Shown: in pieces, positions 32,353 to 35,608 of the stretch
How the letters are laid out: each line of letters starts with the position of its first letter
Numbering within the stretch: the stretch's first letter is position 1
Source: an uncultured Eubacteriales bacterium
GTDB lineage: Bacteria > Bacillota > Clostridia > Oscillospirales > Acutalibacteraceae
Length of the DNA: 35,608 nt
Reading direction: 5' to 3'
Assembly: GCA_964505515.1 (NCBI GenBank)
Contig: CAZDIN010000002.1
Coordinates: forward strand, 1-35,608
The notes under the pieces: generated by a model
What the model saw: only the letters and a program-made list of their open reading frames with translations
Databases searched by the model: none
What the model was told of the DNA's origin: nothing
Made by a program: the position numbers and the translations under genes

Positions 32353-33291
32353 ATGGAAAACACAAGAAAAAAAGTCAGCATCCTCATACCCTGTTTTAAC
32401 GAGGAAGAAAATGTTAAGCCCATGAGCGTTGCTATCAATAACGTTTTCACACAGGACCTGACTCAATATGACTGGGAGTTGATATTCATTGATAACGATT
32501 CCCATGACCGCACACGAGAGATACTGCGCGGCATCTGCGCAGAGAATCCGAACATCAAGGCTATCTTCAACGCCAAGAATTTCGGACAGTTCAACTCTCC
32601 CTATCACGGAATCTTGCAGACGACAGGCGACTGCGTTATTTCAATGGTCTGCGATTTTCAGGACCCGATCGAGCTGATCCCTCAGTATCTTGAGGAGTGG
32701 GAAAAAGGATACAAGATCGTCATCGGCATCAAGTCGCAGAGCAAGGAAAATAAGATCGTCCGCCTTGGCAGAACCATCTATTACAAGATGATAAAGAAGT
32801 TCTCGACGGTTGAGCAGATCGAGCATTTCACAGGCTCGGGGCTTTATGACCGCAGCTTCATCGAGGTGCTTCGCGGACTTAACGATCCGACACCCTTCCT
32901 GCGCGGTATCGTCGGTGAGTTAGGCTTCCGCCGCAAAGAGATAGAGTACGTTCAGCCCAAGCGCCGCGCGGGAAAGACCCACAACAACTTCTACAGTCTT
33001 TATGACGCGGCGATGCTCAGCTTCACCAGCTACACCAAGATCGCCATCCGCCTTGCGACCTTCGTAGGTCTGCTGATGTGTTTCTTGGGCGGTTTGGGCG
33101 TGATAGCGGCGCTTATCCTCCGCTATGCCGCAGGCGTTGCGCTCGGCTGGTGGCCCATCGTGATTGCGCTTGATATTTTCAGCGGTATTCAGCTGACCTT
33201 CACGGGCCTCATCGGTGAATATATTTCCACCGTTAACTCAAAGGTCATGCACCGTCCCCTCGTCATTGAAGAAGAACGCATCAATTTCTAA
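32353..33291 (+). CDS. Second GT2 polyprenyl-phosphate glycosyltransferase, GtrB-like
   Basis: VSILIPCFNEEENV...FIDNDSHDRT......NFGQ..S...G.....GD.VISMVCDFQDP is followed by two C-terminal TM helices (LATFVGLLMCFLGGLGVIAALIL and IVIALDIFSGIQLTFTGLIGEYI). This matches the architecture of the 16437-17393 gene. Confidence 0.8.
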   Translation: MENTRKKVSILIPCFNEEENVKPMSVAINNVFTQDLTQYDWELIFIDNDSHDRTREILRGICAENPNIKAIFNAKNFGQFNSPYHGILQTTGDCVISMVCDFQDPIELIPQYLEEWEKGYKIVIGIKSQSKENKIVRLGRTIYYKMIKKFSTVEQIEHFTGSGLYDRSFIEVLRGLNDPTPFLRGIVGELGFRRKEIEYVQPKRRAGKTHNNFYSLYDAAMLSFTSYTKIAIRLATFVGLLMCFLGGLGVIAALILRYAAGVALGWWPIVIALDIFSGIQLTFTGLIGEYISTVNSKVMHRPLVIEEERINF

Positions 33292-33315
33292 AAAACGCGA
33301 TATTAAAAAGATATA

Positions 33316-33360
33316 CCCGAGGCTCACTTCATAAAGGATTGCGCCTCGGGTGTGCTTTTC
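33316..33360 (+). terminator. Probable terminator of the glycan locus
   Basis: CCCGAGGC (33316-33323) pairs with GCCTCGGG (33343-33350) across a 19-nt loop, followed by TGTGCTTTT. The loop is large, so confidence is moderate. Confidence 0.5.
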
Positions 33361-33409
33361 AAATTGCCTGTGTTAATATAACAAAACAGCAAACGGGGGC
33401 ATGTAATAA

Positions 33410-34969
33410 ATGAAAACAAAACGGAAAAACTACCTCAACCACAGTTTGAATATAATATTTCCTACCTTGGTTTTCAGCGCCATAACCGGATGTGTAACGG
33501 CGGCGGTCGTTGTTGTTTACAAGTTCCTTGCCTCAAAGGTCATAGGGCTTTCGGAGCAGTTCTATCATAACGTCGGCAAGTATGTTTGGCTCGTTCCCGT
33601 AGTTATTGCCTTCCTTTTCGGATCTGCTTTTTTGATTTCTAAGATATACGCAAAAAACCCCGATATAAAGGGCGGGGGAATCCCGACTTCGATCGGGGCT
33701 TTGAGGGGCATTTTTAATTTCAAATGGAAAAACAACCTCGTCGGCGTTTTCTTCATCTCGCTGTTTTCATTTCTCATCGGAGTCCCCCTTGGAAACGAAG
33801 GACCCTCGGTGCAAATGGGTACGGCAATAGGAAGGGGAACGGTCAGCCTTTTGGCAAAGAAGCGTTCTGCCTGGGACAGATATGTTATGACCGGCGGCGC
33901 CTGTGCCGGATTTTCCTCGGCAACCGGTGCGCCTCTTTCAGGGATATTGTTCGCTATTGAGGAGGCGCACGGACGCATCTCCCCGATGATAATTATGGTC
34001 TCGGTAATATCGGTTTTATTTTCGCAGATAGTAACTGAAATTTTATGCCCGATTTTTTCGGTTTCGGTCTCTCTTTTTCCGAAGATCGACTATGTTTCTC
34101 TTGACAACTCGAGCTTGTGGCTGCCCCTTTGCGTCGGCGTAGCGCTTGGCATTTTCGCCGTTCTGTTTTTGCGGTACTACGGCCTTCTTGCTTCGCTTTT
34201 CAGCAAATGCTCCAAAAAAGCACCTGCGTATCTTGGGTTGTTCTTGGTCTTCATTCTTACGTTTGCATTCGGTGTGATCTCGCCCGATTTTATCTCGACG
34301 GGACACGAACTCATATTGGACCTCTTTGAGCAAAACCCCGCACTGATCGTTTTAGTTTTGATCCTGATTTTAAGAATGACTCTGACCCTCTTTGCAAACA
34401 TCAGCGGTGTAACGGGAGGTATCTTTCTTCCGTTGTTGGCGCTCGGAGCGGTTTGGTCAGGAATATTCGGTGAGTTTTTGTTCTCTTTGGGGGTCGGCCG
34501 CGAAAATTATTCCCTTATAATTGCGCTTGGCATCGTCGGTTGTATCTCAGGGATGATGAAGATGCCCCTTACTGCCATTTTGTTTGGTGTAGAGGTGCTC
34601 GGCTTCGGTGAGAATATTCTGTTTGCTCTGATCTGTTCGATGGCGGCCTACTTGATAACCGAGGCTTTCGAGGTTGAGTCAATAAGCGACTGTGTTATCG
34701 ACAACAGAATATCTTCAAGGAATATGGGTATCATTCCAAAAACTGTTGAAAGGTCCTTTGTAATTGAAAAGAACTCGTTTGCAGTCGGAAAGGAAATCAG
34801 AGATATTTTTTGGCCTGACATGCTTAAAGTTTTGTCGGTTGAAAAGGCAGACCCTGACAGCCTGTCGCATTTTCTCGGCGCAGGCGATGTCATAACGGTT
34901 CATTACACCACCTTTGACGAGGAGAAAACGTTGAAAGAACTCTCAGCCGTTATAGATGAGATAAAATAA
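33410..34969 (+). CDS. ClC-family voltage-gated chloride channel / H+-Cl- antiporter with a C-terminal soluble (TrkA-C-like) domain
   Basis: The ClC selectivity motifs are GGGIPTS (GSGIP-like), GNEGPSVQMG (GxEGP) and GGIFLPLL (GxFxP). The gating-region segment is GAPLSGILFAIEE. The protein is 519 aa and polytopic. Confidence 0.88.
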   Translation: MKTKRKNYLNHSLNIIFPTLVFSAITGCVTAAVVVVYKFLASKVIGLSEQFYHNVGKYVWLVPVVIAFLFGSAFLISKIYAKNPDIKGGGIPTSIGALRGIFNFKWKNNLVGVFFISLFSFLIGVPLGNEGPSVQMGTAIGRGTVSLLAKKRSAWDRYVMTGGACAGFSSATGAPLSGILFAIEEAHGRISPMIIMVSVISVLFSQIVTEILCPIFSVSVSLFPKIDYVSLDNSSLWLPLCVGVALGIFAVLFLRYYGLLASLFSKCSKKAPAYLGLFLVFILTFAFGVISPDFISTGHELILDLFEQNPALIVLVLILILRMTLTLFANISGVTGGIFLPLLALGAVWSGIFGEFLFSLGVGRENYSLIIALGIVGCISGMMKMPLTAILFGVEVLGFGENILFALICSMAAYLITEAFEVESISDCVIDNRISSRNMGIIPKTVERSFVIEKNSFAVGKEIRDIFWPDMLKVLSVEKADPDSLSHFLGAGDVITVHYTTFDEEKTLKELSAVIDEIK

Positions 34970-34972
34970 AAA

Positions 34973-35010
34973 ACGAGGAAGACACTTCGAAAAGAAGCCG
35001 TCTTCCTCGT
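34973..35010. terminator. Bidirectional terminator between the convergent ClC and trpS genes
   Basis: 11-bp perfect stem ACGAGGAAGAC / GTCTTCCTCGT with a 16-nt loop, flanked by an A-run and a T-rich stretch. Confidence 0.7.
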
Positions 35011-35025
35011 TTGGTTTTGAATGCT

Positions 35026-35608
35026 TTACACCGGATAACCGATCTTCTTCATCGCCTTTGCGACGGTGCGGTGGGCGATGCGGCGTGCGCTGTCGGCGCC
35101 CTTTGCACACAGCTCGTTGAGGTAATCCTTCTCGCCGATGACCTGCGCATATTTTTCCTGAACGGGACGCAGGGTCTCGATGACCGCCTCGGCAACGGCA
35201 GGCTTGAACTCGCCGTAGCCCTTGCCCTCGAACTCAGCCTCGATCTGTTCATAGGTCTTGCCTGTGCAGGCTGAGTAGATCGTCATGAGGTTGTTGATGC
35301 CGTCCTTGCCGTCGGCATAGCGTACACACGCCTCGCTGTCGGTAACGGCGCGCTTGAACTTGCGCATGATGTCCTCGGGCTTGTCGAGAATGGCGACCCA
35401 TGAATTGATGTTCTCGTCCGATTTCGACATCTTCTTGGTCGGGTCCTGCAGGGACATGACCTTAGCGCCGACCTTTGCGATGTAAGGCTCAGGAACGACG
35501 AAGGTGGGTGAATAGAGAGTGTTGAATCTTTCTGCAATATTGCGGGTCAGCTCAAGATGCTGCTTTTGGTCCTGCCCGATGGGGACGAGGTCGGTCTGAT
35601 AGAGCAGG
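35026..35608 (-). CDS. trpS: Tryptophan--tRNA ligase, C-terminal portion (5' end lies beyond the window)
   Basis: The translation contains the KMSKS signature in a TrpRS context (PTKKMSKSDEN....I.ILD.P..I.KK.K.A.TDS) and the C-terminal anticodon-binding helices. The reading frame stays open to the window edge at 35608. Confidence 0.9.
   Translation of the reverse strand, partial: LLYQTDLVPIGQDQKQHLELTRNIAERFNTLYSPTFVVPEPYIAKVGAKVMSLQDPTKKMSKSDENINSWVAILDKPEDIMRKFKRAVTDSEACVRYADGKDGINNLMTIYSACTGKTYEQIEAEFEGKGYGEFKPAVAEAVIETLRPVQEKYAQVIGEKDYLNELCAKGADSARRIAHRTVAKAMKKIGYPV

Noticed and set aside
33292-33409. Possible fluoride (crcB-motif) riboswitch upstream of the ClC gene
   Set aside because: The region contains only a terminator-like hairpin and no match to the conserved crcB-motif core. 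The ClC protein has canonical chloride-type GxEGP and GxFxP motifs rather than CLC-F features.
1-35608. Search for tRNA/rRNA genes, CRISPR arrays, IS elements, integrases, toxin-antitoxin pairs or recognisable defence-system genes
   Set aside because: Reading both strands revealed no cloverleaf-like conserved tRNA arms, no regularly spaced direct repeats, and no transposase, recombinase or nuclease/helicase-type ORFs. The only repeated element found is the duplicated hairpin at 10251 and 13448.

Overview
This is a 35.6-kb chromosomal window from a high-GC Firmicutes/Clostridia-like genome; the taxon is inferred from gene content only. All calls come from reading the ORF translations and the DNA by eye, with no database searches. 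From left to right it holds: a CNNM/CorC-type hemolysin-family gene; a preQ1-I riboswitch with queT; an M23 peptidase; ybaK; an alpha/beta hydrolase; exonuclease III; a Na/Pi cotransporter; and an iron operon (feoA-feoB fusion, FeoB-associated Cys-rich peptide, DtxR-family repressor, a membrane protein) with operator-like palindromes on its promoter. Next comes a sharply AT-rich two-gene islet (about 10.28-13.45 kb) bracketed by two copies of the same hairpin. It encodes an 845-aa secreted protein (N-terminal beta-rich region, ITWNNRP/DNRLRE-like module, ricin-type lectin with three QxW repeats, C-terminal caspase/gingipain-like His-Cys domain) and a small Big_2-like lipoprotein. The islet abuts a prophage tail-end remnant on the minus strand (receptor-binding/tail-fibre-like protein, unknown protein, amidase endolysin, TcdE-family holin). 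Upstream of the remnant on the same strand sits a CsbB/GtrB-like GT2 plus YfhO pair, which is surface-polymer glycosylation machinery. After yfbR-like and P-loop kinase-like genes comes a 12-kb glycan locus: rfbF, a frameshifted rfbG, rfbH, glf, GT2, Wzx, an orphan polytopic membrane protein, a YerE-like ThDP enzyme, an SDR reductase and a second GtrB-like GT2. This gene set predicts a CDP-activated 3,6-dideoxy, possibly C-branched, sugar. The window ends with a ClC channel and a partial trpS. No tRNA, rRNA, CRISPR array, transposase or integrase was seen. The most interesting region is the AT-rich islet and its junction with the phage lysis remnant.
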